Shown here piece by piece: positions 29,331-39,017 of a DNA stretch of 62,152 nt. The position numbers and the translations under genes were made by a program. How positions within the stretch are numbered: the stretch's first letter is position 1; each line of letters starts with the position of its first letter. The DNA comes from a virus (taxonomy: Duplodnaviria > Caudoviricetes), in the IMG/VR virus record IMGVR_UViG_3300014501_000005, positions 1-62,152 of that record. One strand, written 5' to 3'. The notes beneath the pieces are model-generated. The model did no database searches, had not been told where the DNA came from, and saw only the letters and a program-made list of their open reading frames with translations.

Positions 29331-30914
29331 TTAAGTATAGGACGATGAGTTACGTCTAAACCTCGGAATTGGATTGTATTCGTCTGTATCTGCGAATCCT
29401 GTTACATCTATTGCTGGTGAACCACTTTGGAAGAAATCCATGTCCTTCGAGCGCTGGGTTTGCTTGCGGCCTTTGGGTCTGAGCGTCATTGCATACTGAG
29501 TTGCGTTTAACAGATGGTCGTTTCTCTTGCGCGGCTTCTCTTTGGAAAGTCCCTTTTGAGGTCCAACGGCGAAGGAATCCCAAGTATAGTGAGTAATCTC
29601 ATGCTCAAAATTAGGACAACCATCGATAAGATAGAACTTGGGATGACGACTATTAGGAGTGATTGTAGCGTTGATATACTCTCTAGAAACATTCAGTCCG
29701 TAATCTTCTCCAACATCAGGCAGTCGTACTGGGATTCCGGCCTCGCGCCAGAGCTGGGCTCCTGTTTTGTGAGTCTCAGCGTTGCGTTGGCTGCCCCATT
29801 TAGGATCAAGTAGCCAGATGTCGATTGGGTCTCCACCGCATTTGATCTTGATGCTTTTGGCATGTTCACTGACTATTTGCTCCCGCTCGTAATACTCACG
29901 GTATCCGAACAGATCGCCGTTGTCTGAAACTGCAATCCATATAGCGGCTGTGACACCTGTTGCGGCGGGATCAATACTGACAATACGTTGCCAATAACGC
30001 GGTATAACGAAAGGTCGTACCACATGTTTGGCGCGGTCCCACATGGGGTATACAAGTCCGGACCGCCTAACGAATTTTCCATAAAGCCTCGCGCCCTCTT
30101 CTGGATCACCTGCCCACATCTCTAGCAACCGAGTCTTCTCTATTTCAGGGACAAACGGGCTGTTAAGAGTACTAAGCTGGCAAAACTGCAAGTCATGATT
30201 ACCGGCCAAAAACTCTTCGTAAAGATCAAAGACCCATGGGGTGCGAACACCAGAATTAATGTCGGTAAGAGGAGTAAGAGTGAGAAGAATACGCCCGCCA
30301 CAGTCCACAGTGCGTTGATAACACTCATCATAGACATCAGATTCACATTCCTCGTCAATCCAAACTAAATCAACACTCGCGCCTTGAAACTTCTCTCTTC
30401 CCGCATCTGCTGACTTACCTGTAATGATACTGCCATTTTCAAAGAATACTTGGAAGTCGCCGTCTTTGACATCCCTAATCGAACCATCGTTCGGTAGAAA
30501 TGGCGGATGGTTCTTGCCATACCGGAGCTTTTCATGCCAGATGACATCCCTCAGAACGCTGAAGTCCAAACCCACTACCCAGATGTTTTTGGGTCCATCT
30601 GGGATTGGAAGGTCTTTGACGTATTCCCAGGCTGGTTCGTTTCTGAAGTAATCTTTTCCAAGAGCCCAGGCAACGGCAATGAACGCGCCCAAGATCGTTT
30701 TACCGCTTCGATTTCCACCGAGGAGGCCGAAAACCTTAACACCAGCATCGAACCGTACGAGTGCTTCAAGTTGTTCCTCCCAAGGCTTAAAATACTTAAT
30801 ATAACTCTTAGCCTGCCTCTTCTGGATCAGAAGGTCCAGAGCTGCTAACCTCTCGGCTTCCGGCAGTCTATTAAGCTCATTAAGAGCTTGGTCCCTCTTG
30901 CTATAGTCCACCAC
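29331..30914 (-). CDS. terL: Terminase large subunit
   Basis: Walker A GGNRSGKT, Walker B VWIDEE, LTLTP coupling motif, nuclease IDPA and DHLLNA.QY; likely GTG start. Confidence 0.92.
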   Translation of the reverse strand: MVDYSKRDQALNELNRLPEAERLAALDLLIQKRQAKSYIKYFKPWEEQLEALVRFDAGVKVFGLLGGNRSGKTILGAFIAVAWALGKDYFRNEPAWEYVKDLPIPDGPKNIWVVGLDFSVLRDVIWHEKLRYGKNHPPFLPNDGSIRDVKDGDFQVFFENGSIITGKSADAGREKFQGASVDLVWIDEECESDVYDECYQRTVDCGGRILLTLTPLTDINSGVRTPWVFDLYEEFLAGNHDLQFCQLSTLNSPFVPEIEKTRLLEMWAGDPEEGARLYGKFVRRSGLVYPMWDRAKHVVRPFVIPRYWQRIVSIDPAATGVTAAIWIAVSDNGDLFGYREYYEREQIVSEHAKSIKIKCGGDPIDIWLLDPKWGSQRNAETHKTGAQLWREAGIPVRLPDVGEDYGLNVSREYINATITPNSRHPKFYLIDGCPNFEHEITHYTWDSFAVGPQKGLSKEKPRKRNDHLLNATQYAMTLRPKGRKQTQRSKDMDFFQSGSPAIDVTGFADTDEYNPIPRFRRNSSSYT

Positions 30915-30915
30915 T

Positions 30916-31299
30916 TTACCCGCCCAATACAAACTCTGCCGTGGTGCCCGCCCCACTGCCAGTCAAACTCAAAGCTGTGATACCAGCCCCGCCAGCAGCC
31001 TCAAGGAAAGTAATAGCTGATCCCGGCTCAAGCGTTACCACGGGATTCAAGCCCCCACCATTCGGCGTCCACGTAACAGATAGCGTTTGTGATGGATGCA
31101 GGTTCTTGATATAAACAAACTGAGTCGGTGAGATCGGTAAGCTAATCGAAACTGGGCTGGTGCCAATCGAAGCCGTTTGCAGCTCCGTAAAGGCGCTTCC
31201 AGTCATGGCAAGCCCCGCGAATAGCTTAGTATAGGCTACGGTGCCAGTCTGACCATCGGTTATATTAATTGACCCAACAATACTTATTGTAATTGCCAT
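30916..31299 (-). CDS. Small beta-sandwich virion protein (putative)
   Basis: FVYIKNL...L.PG pattern; TAATG-coupled. Confidence 0.55.
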   Translation of the reverse strand: MAITISIVGSINITDGQTGTVAYTKLFAGLAMTGSAFTELQTASIGTSPVSISLPISPTQFVYIKNLHPSQTLSVTWTPNGGGLNPVVTLEPGSAITFLEAAGGAGITALSLTGSGAGTTAEFVLGG

Positions 31300-31820
31300 T
31301 AAGAACAACCTCGCATATACCGGGCAACGGCTAAATGCTCTTCCGCCGTACCGTTACTTTTTATATTATTTGCCTTATGACTAATTATAGCAATATTGCC
31401 CTTTATATATCCCTCGAATGAATTGGTTCTATCAATCGAAGGACTATTATTGCTAAGTGTTCCCTTACCACGTCCGGTGATTAAAGGTATGCCCAGAATA
31501 GGACAAATGGCTGGAATATGAATATCAGAGATATCGATATTAAAATCCCATCCACATTCCTGTGCTCGATGTTTAGCCCCTACCCATATCTTCCATTCTA
31601 GTGTATTAGACTGACCGTGCGTATGCCAATGATTACGACCGATTAAAAGGCATCCACAACTACGTGTTCTACCGCTCTTTAAATTCTTCGCAGAAGTAGT
31701 CGTTATATTACCACAATCGCATTTACAAATCCAACGAGTTTCCATTTTGAAACGTCCTAATAGTCCAGAAGCTATTAAACGTCCAAATCGCCGATTTGTT
31801 AAATCCTCACAAGGTTTCAT
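31299..31820 (-). CDS. HNH homing endonuclease
   Basis: RFGRL..W.C.CDCG...SCGC; CPILG.PL, SPSIDR...GY..GN..IIS..AN..K. Confidence 0.85.
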   Translation of the reverse strand: MKPCEDLTNRRFGRLIASGLLGRFKMETRWICKCDCGNITTTSAKNLKSGRTRSCGCLLIGRNHWHTHGQSNTLEWKIWVGAKHRAQECGWDFNIDISDIHIPAICPILGIPLITGRGKGTLSNNSPSIDRTNSFEGYIKGNIAIISHKANNIKSNGTAEEHLAVARYMRGCS

Positions 31821-32248
31821 TGAATTGAAACCTTCTCTTTTTTGCTAATAGAGGCTCGAATAAGATCGAGGTCCTTTTGGCTGAGTTCGCCGAATATATT
31901 TACTTGCCCCTCTCCAGATGCCCAACCCTTTATTTTACATATCTTTAGGAGCACTTCAGCGCTCTTGTCATTAGCGCCTTCTTCTTCAAGCTTCTGGGCT
32001 AACACCTGCATCTTGCCAACAACGCTGTCTTGCGTGAACGAAGGGTCCCTGGCTAGCTCACTATGATATCTATGTCGTTCAAGCCAAAGGGCTTTCTGAA
32101 AACTAACCCTATTCAGTATCTTATGGCATTCCTCGCTGGTAACTTCCTCGCCGAGTTCAGTAACGGCTTGCTTCAATGAGCACCCAGTCTGTGCCATCAG
32201 CAGTATTGCTTCTTGCATCCAGTTGCTCAGTTGGAATGGTTTGCTCAT
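31817..32248 (-). CDS. Terminase small subunit (putative)
   Basis: HTH-like N-terminus plus helical oligomerisation region; first late gene, upstream of TerL. Confidence 0.6.
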   Translation of the reverse strand: MSKPFQLSNWMQEAILLMAQTGCSLKQAVTELGEEVTSEECHKILNRVSFQKALWLERHRYHSELARDPSFTQDSVVGKMQVLAQKLEEEGANDKSAEVLLKICKIKGWASGEGQVNIFGELSQKDLDLIRASISKKEKVSIQ

Positions 32249-32280
32249 AAAACGAACTACTCGCCCTTCGTATATCCCAC

Positions 32281-32315
32281 TAAGGGATATACACAAATGA
32301 GAGCGTTTTGTTACA
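32281..32315 (-). promoter_or_regulatory. Putative phage-sigma promoter, copy 1 (late operon)
   Basis: TGTAACAAAAC-N10-GTGTATATCCCTTA, about 33 nt upstream of the terS ATG. Confidence 0.75.
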
Positions 32316-32324
32316 CACTATTTT

Positions 32325-32600
32325 GCCACTTAAGTGCTTTAGAATCAGTAAATGCTCTTTTTAGGGCTAAGTAGTCCTATTCATGGGACTTAAAGTCCTT
32401 TATAATCAGTGACCACCCTTTTGACACAAATTATTTTCATGTCCCGTCTAGATTGAAAACCAGATCAATTTTGCGCAATTATCGCTAATTTTCGCTTAAG
32501 TCCTTTATTTATCGATATATACACCATAATCGCCCTAAGCCCTTGATTCCAAACACCTTTAACTCCTTTGACCTTAATCAGTTATAGCTAGGCTATCTGT
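32325..32600. promoter_or_regulatory. AT-rich region with IHF-like/TAAGTCCTT repeats (candidate packaging site or origin)
   Basis: TAAGCCCTTGATT (32536-32548) matches YAANNNNTTGATW; several related TAAGT(C/G)CTTT repeats. Confidence 0.45.
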
Positions 32601-33114
32601 TGCATTTTCAATTTCTTAAATCTCGCTGGGGCATAACCAACACCAATCCCTTTCGCGAAATTTACAAAGCCCCAACTCCATTGGTATCGCCAATGCTTAC
32701 AACAAGATAGCTTGTAGGAAGCTGCTAATATAAAGAGCGTTTGCGAATTTTTCTGAAATGTGAAAAGTGGCAGCAAGGCAAGCGACACAAGGGAGTTATG
32801 GCTTATGACACAACATGCTATGAACGTGGCTGTAGCGTTGAAGATACTGACGCCAAGGGAAGTTAGCAGCGGGCAATGGTTCTATCATGGGCAACTCAAT
32901 GGAAAGTATGTGTTGCGGAACATGAGAACTGGACAACGAAGGCTAGTCTAACACACTGGAGGATATGATGATCGTTATCAAAGCAAACGAGATACAGCGA
33001 ACGATACTGAAGCTTGCGACTGTGACACATCAAAAGCGAGCGATTAAACAAGGCAAGCTGAATGCTAAGAGATTCAAGCGTATGATCGGTAAACGAGTTT
33101 TCGTCTAGAAGTTA

Positions 33115-33173
33115 TGGCGAAACATGGGCTAACTGCCCATGTATGCTGGTAGATAGCCAGCACTGATGAGCCA
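33115..33173 (+). ncRNA. Hammerhead ribozyme, type II
   Basis: UGGC-GAAA-C-AUGGGC(loop)GCCCAU-GUA^UGCUGG(loop)CCAGCA-CUGAUGA-GCCA: complete catalytic core and three stems. Confidence 0.88.
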
Positions 33174-33408
33174 CGAATGGAGGCTAACATGAAGATTCTA
33201 CAGTGGTTAGTTGGACGGAAACTGACGAAGAACGAGGAGTTGCGGATGTTGCTGTCGAAATTGCGACGTGCAGCATGAGCGATGAATACGTGATTATCGC
33301 GGGGAAGAGGTATTGGCTATGAGAGCGGTGACCGTGTATGACAGGCGACAAGATGGTTGGCGGTATGTTAAAACCGTTGAAGTAGGAGCGGAGTCAGTTC
33401 CGTGCTGT

Positions 33409-33424
33409 TGCAAGCGATGTGCCA
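33409..33424 (-). promoter_or_regulatory. Sigma54 (-24/-12) promoter
   Basis: TGGCACATCGCTTGCA with exact GG-N10-GC spacing. Confidence 0.6.
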
Positions 33425-33522
33425 AACAGCAAAAAGTGGCAATTGTGCCGCAAAATGGCGCTGATTTGGGCAAATAGTGGCACAGTGATTTTGCAAGTGC
33501 TTTGTTTTCAGCAAGCCGAGTT

Positions 33523-33538
33523 TGGCAAGCGGGTTGCA
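33523..33538 (+). promoter_or_regulatory. Sigma54 (-24/-12) promoter for the early operon
   Basis: TGGCAAGCGGGTTGCA with exact GG-N10-GC spacing, upstream of the gene at 33621. Confidence 0.6.
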
Positions 33539-33620
33539 AGATGGATTGTGCAATTCGGCAGTTCAAAATTCGATGGAATAGCCGACCATCGTCTTAACAT
33601 TGGCTAAATTGGAGGATATT

Positions 33621-33923
33621 ATGGCACTTAAAGACACGATTGTTTCATTGGCGACTGGGATTGATCCGAAGGCGTTGACGTACAAGAACGATACCAAAAA
33701 CCGTCCAATGGCAACTAGCAGAAACATTGGCGTGATTCAAGAAGGCGTTCCGGTTCCGGGATTGGCTGGCAAGGTTGGACGGATGCAAGCTACGTTTTGC
33801 GTGAATTATCTCAATATCGTTTCGGCTGAGGAATATGAAGTTAAGGCCGAATCACGGGAAGCATCGGAGCTTGAGACGCTTAAGGCGTTGCTGGCGAAGT
33901 ACGGGAATCCGGATCAGGAATAA
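33621..33923 (+). CDS. Hypothetical early protein
   Basis: GGAGG SD then MALKDTIVS. Confidence 0.7.
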   Translation: MALKDTIVSLATGIDPKALTYKNDTKNRPMATSRNIGVIQEGVPVPGLAGKVGRMQATFCVNYLNIVSAEEYEVKAESREASELETLKALLAKYGNPDQE

Positions 33924-34010
33924 CCGAATAAAGTAAATTGCCTGTGGATGCTATAACCCATGAGGACTAGCATCCATCGGGGGAGTTTACTTTGATTGGA
34001 GGACGCTAAA

Positions 34011-34232
34011 ATGCAATGGAAGCTAAAGATTGCGCTTGGGATGAGTGCCTTGGTGTTGGGATTGCTGTTTAGTCTCACACTAGCGTACGGGCAAACGCTG
34101 GCTAAACTGTACAAAACAAGCAATTTAGGCCCGAATGTTGTTGCTGTGGCGTGTTTTTATAGCGGTGATCCGGTGGTTGATAAGCATGGGAGTTTGATAA
34201 TCGTGAGTTGTCCAAGCATAAACACGAAGTAA
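34011..34232 (+). CDS. Small exported/membrane early protein
   Basis: SD and signal-peptide-like N-terminus ending AYG. Confidence 0.55.
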   Translation: MQWKLKIALGMSALVLGLLFSLTLAYGQTLAKLYKTSNLGPNVVAVACFYSGDPVVDKHGSLIIVSCPSINTK

Positions 34233-34440
34233 GCTTCAATACGGGCGATTATTCCACCTAAAGAGGGTCTATAGTCGCTCGAATGAAGTTTATTTTGGAG
34301 GATTATGACAGACAAATCACTGGTTGTGTGGACCATTGTTATCTTTGGCGTAAGTACAATAGTTGCAATTTTGCTTTATGCGGCGATTGGTTATGCTATT
34401 GTTCATTTTATTACTAAACTTTGGTAAATTGGAGGTTACA

Positions 34441-34782
34441 ATGACGCGCAGAAAGTTTTCTCAACGGGATTATGATGCAATTGATCGGATGCAAAAGCAT
34501 AATCTTGGGGGGCAGTTTCGGGATGCCGTTTCCGATGACACGCCGATTGATGAGTTTCGGCGGAGATTAGTGAAAAGGCATGTTGCGGCTAAGATGACGC
34601 TTGCTAAGGTTGCGGCTAGGAAGATTACGTGGATATTCCTCCAGCAAGGGATTAAGCGTGGGGATTTGCTGGTTGAGAGTAATGTATATTTGAATTCCAT
34701 CATTCGCAAGTACGGCATTGAGCCGTTGCTTTGGGATTTTACACGCAAGGTGATTAAAGAGAAACTGAAGGAGCAAGCATAA
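34441..34782 (+). CDS. Hypothetical early protein
   Basis: GGAGG SD then MTRRKFS. Confidence 0.6.
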   Translation: MTRRKFSQRDYDAIDRMQKHNLGGQFRDAVSDDTPIDEFRRRLVKRHVAAKMTLAKVAARKITWIFLQQGIKRGDLLVESNVYLNSIIRKYGIEPLLWDFTRKVIKEKLKEQA

Positions 34783-34960
34783 TGGACGAATTAAACGATG
34801 ACACGATATTTATTACAACATCCGAGGATGGATTTGAGGTTTACTATCCGAATTCTAATGTGCCAGATGTGTATTTGAGCGTGGACGATATGCTGAGGCA
34901 TGTTAGGGCGAAATTGCAATCCATGAAGTTTAAGGATGATAATATTGCTGGGGGTGTTTA

Positions 34961-35377
34961 ATGGGATTGTATAATCGAAAGCTATTCGACAAGCATATGG
35001 ATGCTATTGATGCGGCATCCAGTTGTATCTCAGCTGCCATTAGTGGGGATGAGTATGCTGGTAGGATTGCGCATAGGCTGGATGATTTTGTTGAAATATC
35101 GGAGTTGTTCGTTAAGAACAAACGAGATATGAGAGATGTGGCTAGGACGTTTCATCGGTTGGTGATTGGTTGTAAGGTGAGTGGATTGGAATCGTTTAAG
35201 CTTGAAAGCATACTTGAACGATGTAGATTGAAAGTTAAGGGCCGGTTGTTTATGACACGGATGATATTGGCTGAGGGCGATGCGAAGGCTAAGTGTAATG
35301 AGCCGGATAATCATACGCAGCCATGCAAGTGTAGGCCATTGAGATTAAAACAGCTAGCAGATCAGGAGCAATCATGA
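34961..35377 (+). CDS. Hypothetical early protein
   Basis: 138 aa, co-oriented with neighbours. Confidence 0.55.
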   Translation: MGLYNRKLFDKHMDAIDAASSCISAAISGDEYAGRIAHRLDDFVEISELFVKNKRDMRDVARTFHRLVIGCKVSGLESFKLESILERCRLKVKGRLFMTRMILAEGDAKAKCNEPDNHTQPCKCRPLRLKQLADQEQS

Positions 35378-35877
35378 ACCAAGACGGGATGCTGGAGTGT
35401 GAAGATTTGATAGAAGTGTTTATGCGTTTCAAGAGTGGTACCTTCGTAAACTGGCCTGCTATTACTAAGGAACTAAATCGTCGTATGTTCCCGCTAGAAA
35501 CGCCAAAGGAGAAGCCATGAACGAGAAAGATAAGATAATCCAATCCCTAGGGGATGCATATCGATATTGTGATGACGCTGAACGTGCGGGGATTATGATT
35601 GCTGCGCATATGATTGCGGTAGATCAGAAGTGGAAACCGAAGAAGTTTCAGGCGGAGGTTAGAAAGGCGGGGACAAGATGAAAGACAACGTAAATTGGAT
35701 ATTGTACGATATTGAACTCTCAATGCGCTATCTCAAGAGTATGCACATAATCGAAGCGTATGAACTTTTAATACGAGTAGTAGTGGAATTAAAAGAAATA
35801 CGAAAAGGTTTACAATGATTTTTCTAACGATGTTTTTATTCGCAACGTTTGTTTGGTTGTGTGTTTGGAGGCCGTGA

Positions 35878-36066
35878 ATGTCAACGATAATTGAAGAATT
35901 CGCAACGCGTGAGGATCGGGACATACGTTATAAAGTATTGAGAGAAAAGCGTCAAAAGCATGTCGGTAAGTTTTCTACGTCCAAACTGCATGAATACGTG
36001 ATTCCTGAAACGGGCGAGATTAAGACCATTGGAGTGGACGTTTATTGTGTTAGCATCGGGGTTTAA
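35878..36066 (+). CDS. Hypothetical early protein
   Basis: GGAGG SD, 62 aa. Confidence 0.5.
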   Translation: MSTIIEEFATREDRDIRYKVLREKRQKHVGKFSTSKLHEYVIPETGEIKTIGVDVYCVSIGV

Positions 36067-36089
36067 TGGACCCATTAGGAGGTGGATTT

Positions 36090-36494
36090 ATGAGAGTTTT
36101 AGTTTGTGGGGATAGGAATTGGACGAATCAAGCCATTATATTACGTGAATTGCATACGGTAGAAGATGAATTTGACGAATACATCACGGTTGTAATCCAC
36201 GGCGATGCGAGGGGCGCGGATACACTAGCGGGATTGGCTGCAAGACAAATGTGTGGCTATGAACATCCCAAGGAACAGGTTGACGATAATACGCCGAAGC
36301 TTGAGGTCTATCCCGCTCAATGGGACAAGTTTGGTCGAGCGGCTGGGCCAATTCGCAATCAACAGATGTTGGACGAGGGGAAGCCGGATTTGGTGTTGGC
36401 GTTTCATGCGGATATTGAGAATTCCAAGGGCACGAAGGATATGGTTAATCGCGCGAGAAAAGCCGGGATTCCGGTTAAGGTTTTTGGAGTATAA
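36090..36494 (+). CDS. SLOG family protein (YspA/DUF2493-like)
   Basis: RVLVCGDR.W, VIHG.ARGAD.LA, AAGPIRNQQML, VLAF...SKGT.DM...A. Confidence 0.88.
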   Translation: MRVLVCGDRNWTNQAIILRELHTVEDEFDEYITVVIHGDARGADTLAGLAARQMCGYEHPKEQVDDNTPKLEVYPAQWDKFGRAAGPIRNQQMLDEGKPDLVLAFHADIENSKGTKDMVNRARKAGIPVKVFGV

Positions 36495-36495
36495 C

Positions 36496-36816
36496 GTGGA
36501 TTTGCATAGACAATATTGGCAATGTCCACAGTGTCAAGAAACACTTGGTGCGTTTACAGATACGAACTTGGAGATTATCAAACGAATGCATCTGGATGCG
36601 CATCATAAGCTTTGGATCGGACAGAATCCGTTTGATTATTTGCATTTGAACAACCATACACGGTATTTGCGGGAATCGACCGGACAATGGGAGGACTGGA
36701 GTGATGTGGAGTTTTTGACTGGATGCGGGATTGCAGTTGAGTTTGAGGACAAACGAACAACAGAACAGCTTGAGAAACGGTATAAGCCAAGAGATAACTT
36801 TGCGGGAGGGTTTTGA
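36496..36816 (+). CDS. Hypothetical protein with CxxC
   Basis: Likely GTG start; WQCPQC; D.EFL..CGI C-terminal motif. Confidence 0.45.
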   Translation: MDLHRQYWQCPQCQETLGAFTDTNLEIIKRMHLDAHHKLWIGQNPFDYLHLNNHTRYLRESTGQWEDWSDVEFLTGCGIAVEFEDKRTTEQLEKRYKPRDNFAGGF

Positions 36817-37155
36817 TGCGCTGGATCGAGTTGGATGAGGATTATACGTGGTTTATTGATAATGGTGTAGACGATGAACGACAACCTTAACGATCTTTGG
36901 ATTGATGTTGGCGGTGAGGCGTGAGCGATAAGCAAACCGCGTTGGAGATGCTTGAGGCTCTTCCATACTATCAATACAGTTCACACTATGAACTTTGCAA
37001 GCGCATATATCAAATCGTCGCCAAGCTACGCGAGGAACAGGATACATATGAGCGAAGTCATCCAAGGCGAGATTGACGTTAGGTCGAGATGTGAGCAATG
37101 CGCGAAGGATATTGAGGGAAGTTACCGATAAAATCTATGAATACGGGAGCCAAGA

Positions 37156-37338
37156 ATGAATGAATCAGCGTTGAAAATCAAGTTACAGGCGATTATCGGA
37201 CTTGCGAGTGAGATTACCGTGCATAACTTTGATTTGAACGCACGCGCTATTGAGGCTTTGGCTGAGAATACGATTGAAGAAATGATGATTGAGAGCAAAA
37301 TGGCGACCAGGATTGAGAATGCGCCATTTAGAGCGTGA
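37156..37338 (+). CDS. Hypothetical protein
   Basis: 60 aa with SD. Confidence 0.45.
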   Translation: MNESALKIKLQAIIGLASEITVHNFDLNARAIEALAENTIEEMMIESKMATRIENAPFRA

Positions 37339-37339
37339 T

Positions 37340-37693
37340 ATGGGCAGCGAATGGACAAACGGTGAGGTTGATTGGAAAGAGCGTTGTGAGCAAACGATCA
37401 ATCCGACGACTAAATATCCAACTAAGTGCAATGGATTCTTAATGGTAAGTTGGTTTTCGACGCTGATTCCCGATAGATGGTGCAAGAAAACTGAGTGTAT
37501 TACTTGTCATAATCGGACGTTTAAGCATATCTCAGTTGCGTCAAAGACAGATGCTCCTTTTTACAAGGAAGGACCTAAAGCTGCGGGGATGTTAGAATGT
37601 CCAACTTGTCATGTGTTTGTTAATAAAGTCAGCCATCATCGAGGGGCTTTGATGTGTGATTATTGTATAAATGCTAATGTGGAGGTTTATTGA
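37340..37693 (+). CDS. Cys-rich Zn-finger-like protein
   Basis: Several CxxC motifs. Confidence 0.5.
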   Translation: MGSEWTNGEVDWKERCEQTINPTTKYPTKCNGFLMVSWFSTLIPDRWCKKTECITCHNRTFKHISVASKTDAPFYKEGPKAAGMLECPTCHVFVNKVSHHRGALMCDYCINANVEVY

Positions 37694-38739
37694 TGTTGAA
37701 AGCAAAGAATCCAGTTGGGGATAGGTTTATTGCGAATATCGGTCAGCCAACAATCGGAACTGATCCGGAGGTGTTTGCATTGGACGGTAAAGGGAAGTTG
37801 TTTCCGGCGTTTGAGTTTTTACCGCCAAAGCACGCGCCACATATTAACAATCACAAATGGGGTACAACGAACTCGTATTGGGATGGGTTTCAAGCGGAAT
37901 ATCGGTTTAGTCGGGGATATAGTTGTTTCATAGAATTGATGATGAATGTGCAAGATGGGTTGAATCAGATAGCAACTAAAGCGAAAGAGAAGGATGCAAA
38001 CGCTAAGTTAACGCTCAAAAACGTATTTCGCATACCTGCTAAGACGCTTAAGGATGCGTTTGATCCGCATGTTGAGCTTGGATGTGAGCCGAGTTTCAAT
38101 GCTTATGGATTAAAGGCAACGACTGTTGAGAATCCAAGGGAATTGAGATATCGGTTTGCCGGTGGGCATATGCATTTTGGAACCGATTACGCAGTTCGGG
38201 ATCGTGAAATTGCGGTTAAGACATTGGATAAGATTCTTGGACTTTGGAGCATTGGAGCGGCCAAATCGATTGATAATCCAATCAGGCGACGATATTATGG
38301 GTTGCCGGGTGAGTATCGGAAGCCAAAGTATGGTGTTGAATATCGGGTTTTGAGTAACTTTTGGCTATCGCATCCAATTGTTTATCAGGCAACGTGGGAG
38401 ATTGGGCGGATGGTTGCAATGTTTGCATATAGCAAGTTCGCTGATCTTTGGGTTGCGCCGGAGGAGATGGTTATTGAGGCGATTACAAACTCCGATACGA
38501 AGATAGCTAAGAAGTTGTTAGAGTTGAATAAACCGATTTTCCTGTGGCTGTTTGGGCAACGGGGATGGAGTTTGCCAGAGCGAGAGCGGTTGTTTAATGT
38601 TGGGATTGATGGAATTGAATCCATTATTCGCGATCCAGAGGATATTGAAGGGAATTGGAAGGGAAAGATTGATCCTTGGGGCCATGATAAACAGCATACT
38701 TGGTTGGGGTTTGTAACGAGCGGAGATAAGCTAATCTAA
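37690..38739 (+). CDS. phiEco32-like COOH-NH2 ligase (type 2)
   Basis: IG.DPE.F, DGFQAE, GCEP.FNAY, RFAGGH.H.G, RR..YG..GEYR.P.YGVEYRVLSNFWL. Confidence 0.88.
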   Translation: MMLKAKNPVGDRFIANIGQPTIGTDPEVFALDGKGKLFPAFEFLPPKHAPHINNHKWGTTNSYWDGFQAEYRFSRGYSCFIELMMNVQDGLNQIATKAKEKDANAKLTLKNVFRIPAKTLKDAFDPHVELGCEPSFNAYGLKATTVENPRELRYRFAGGHMHFGTDYAVRDREIAVKTLDKILGLWSIGAAKSIDNPIRRRYYGLPGEYRKPKYGVEYRVLSNFWLSHPIVYQATWEIGRMVAMFAYSKFADLWVAPEEMVIEAITNSDTKIAKKLLELNKPIFLWLFGQRGWSLPERERLFNVGIDGIESIIRDPEDIEGNWKGKIDPWGHDKQHTWLGFVTSGDKLI

Positions 38740-39017
38740 TGAAAATCACATGCCCAATCTGCCGGGGACGATTTTTTCTCAATCATAAGGTTGTGAAGTC
38801 GATTGGGCGATGTCCAATGTGTGATGATAACAAGTTTGTGGATACGGAGATTGTGTGCGCATGTGGACGGCCAGTTGTGAAAATGGTTGAGGGGACGCTG
38901 GTTTGCGCCGCTAATGACTGCGCGAAACGTGCGGTTACGCTGAAGGACAAAAAGATTGATGTTGTTCAACAAGAGTTTGATGCGTTTGGGGAAGGCAGCA
39001 TTTATTGTGGACACTAA
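38739..39017 (+). CDS. Zn-ribbon protein
   Basis: Multiple CxxC motifs, TAATG-coupled. Confidence 0.55.
   Translation: MKITCPICRGRFFLNHKVVKSIGRCPMCDDNKFVDTEIVCACGRPVVKMVEGTLVCAANDCAKRAVTLKDKKIDVVQQEFDAFGEGSIYCGH

Noticed and set aside
33478-33495. Third sigma54 promoter (TGGCACAGTGATTTTGCA)
   Set aside because: GG-to-GC spacing is 2 nt too long.
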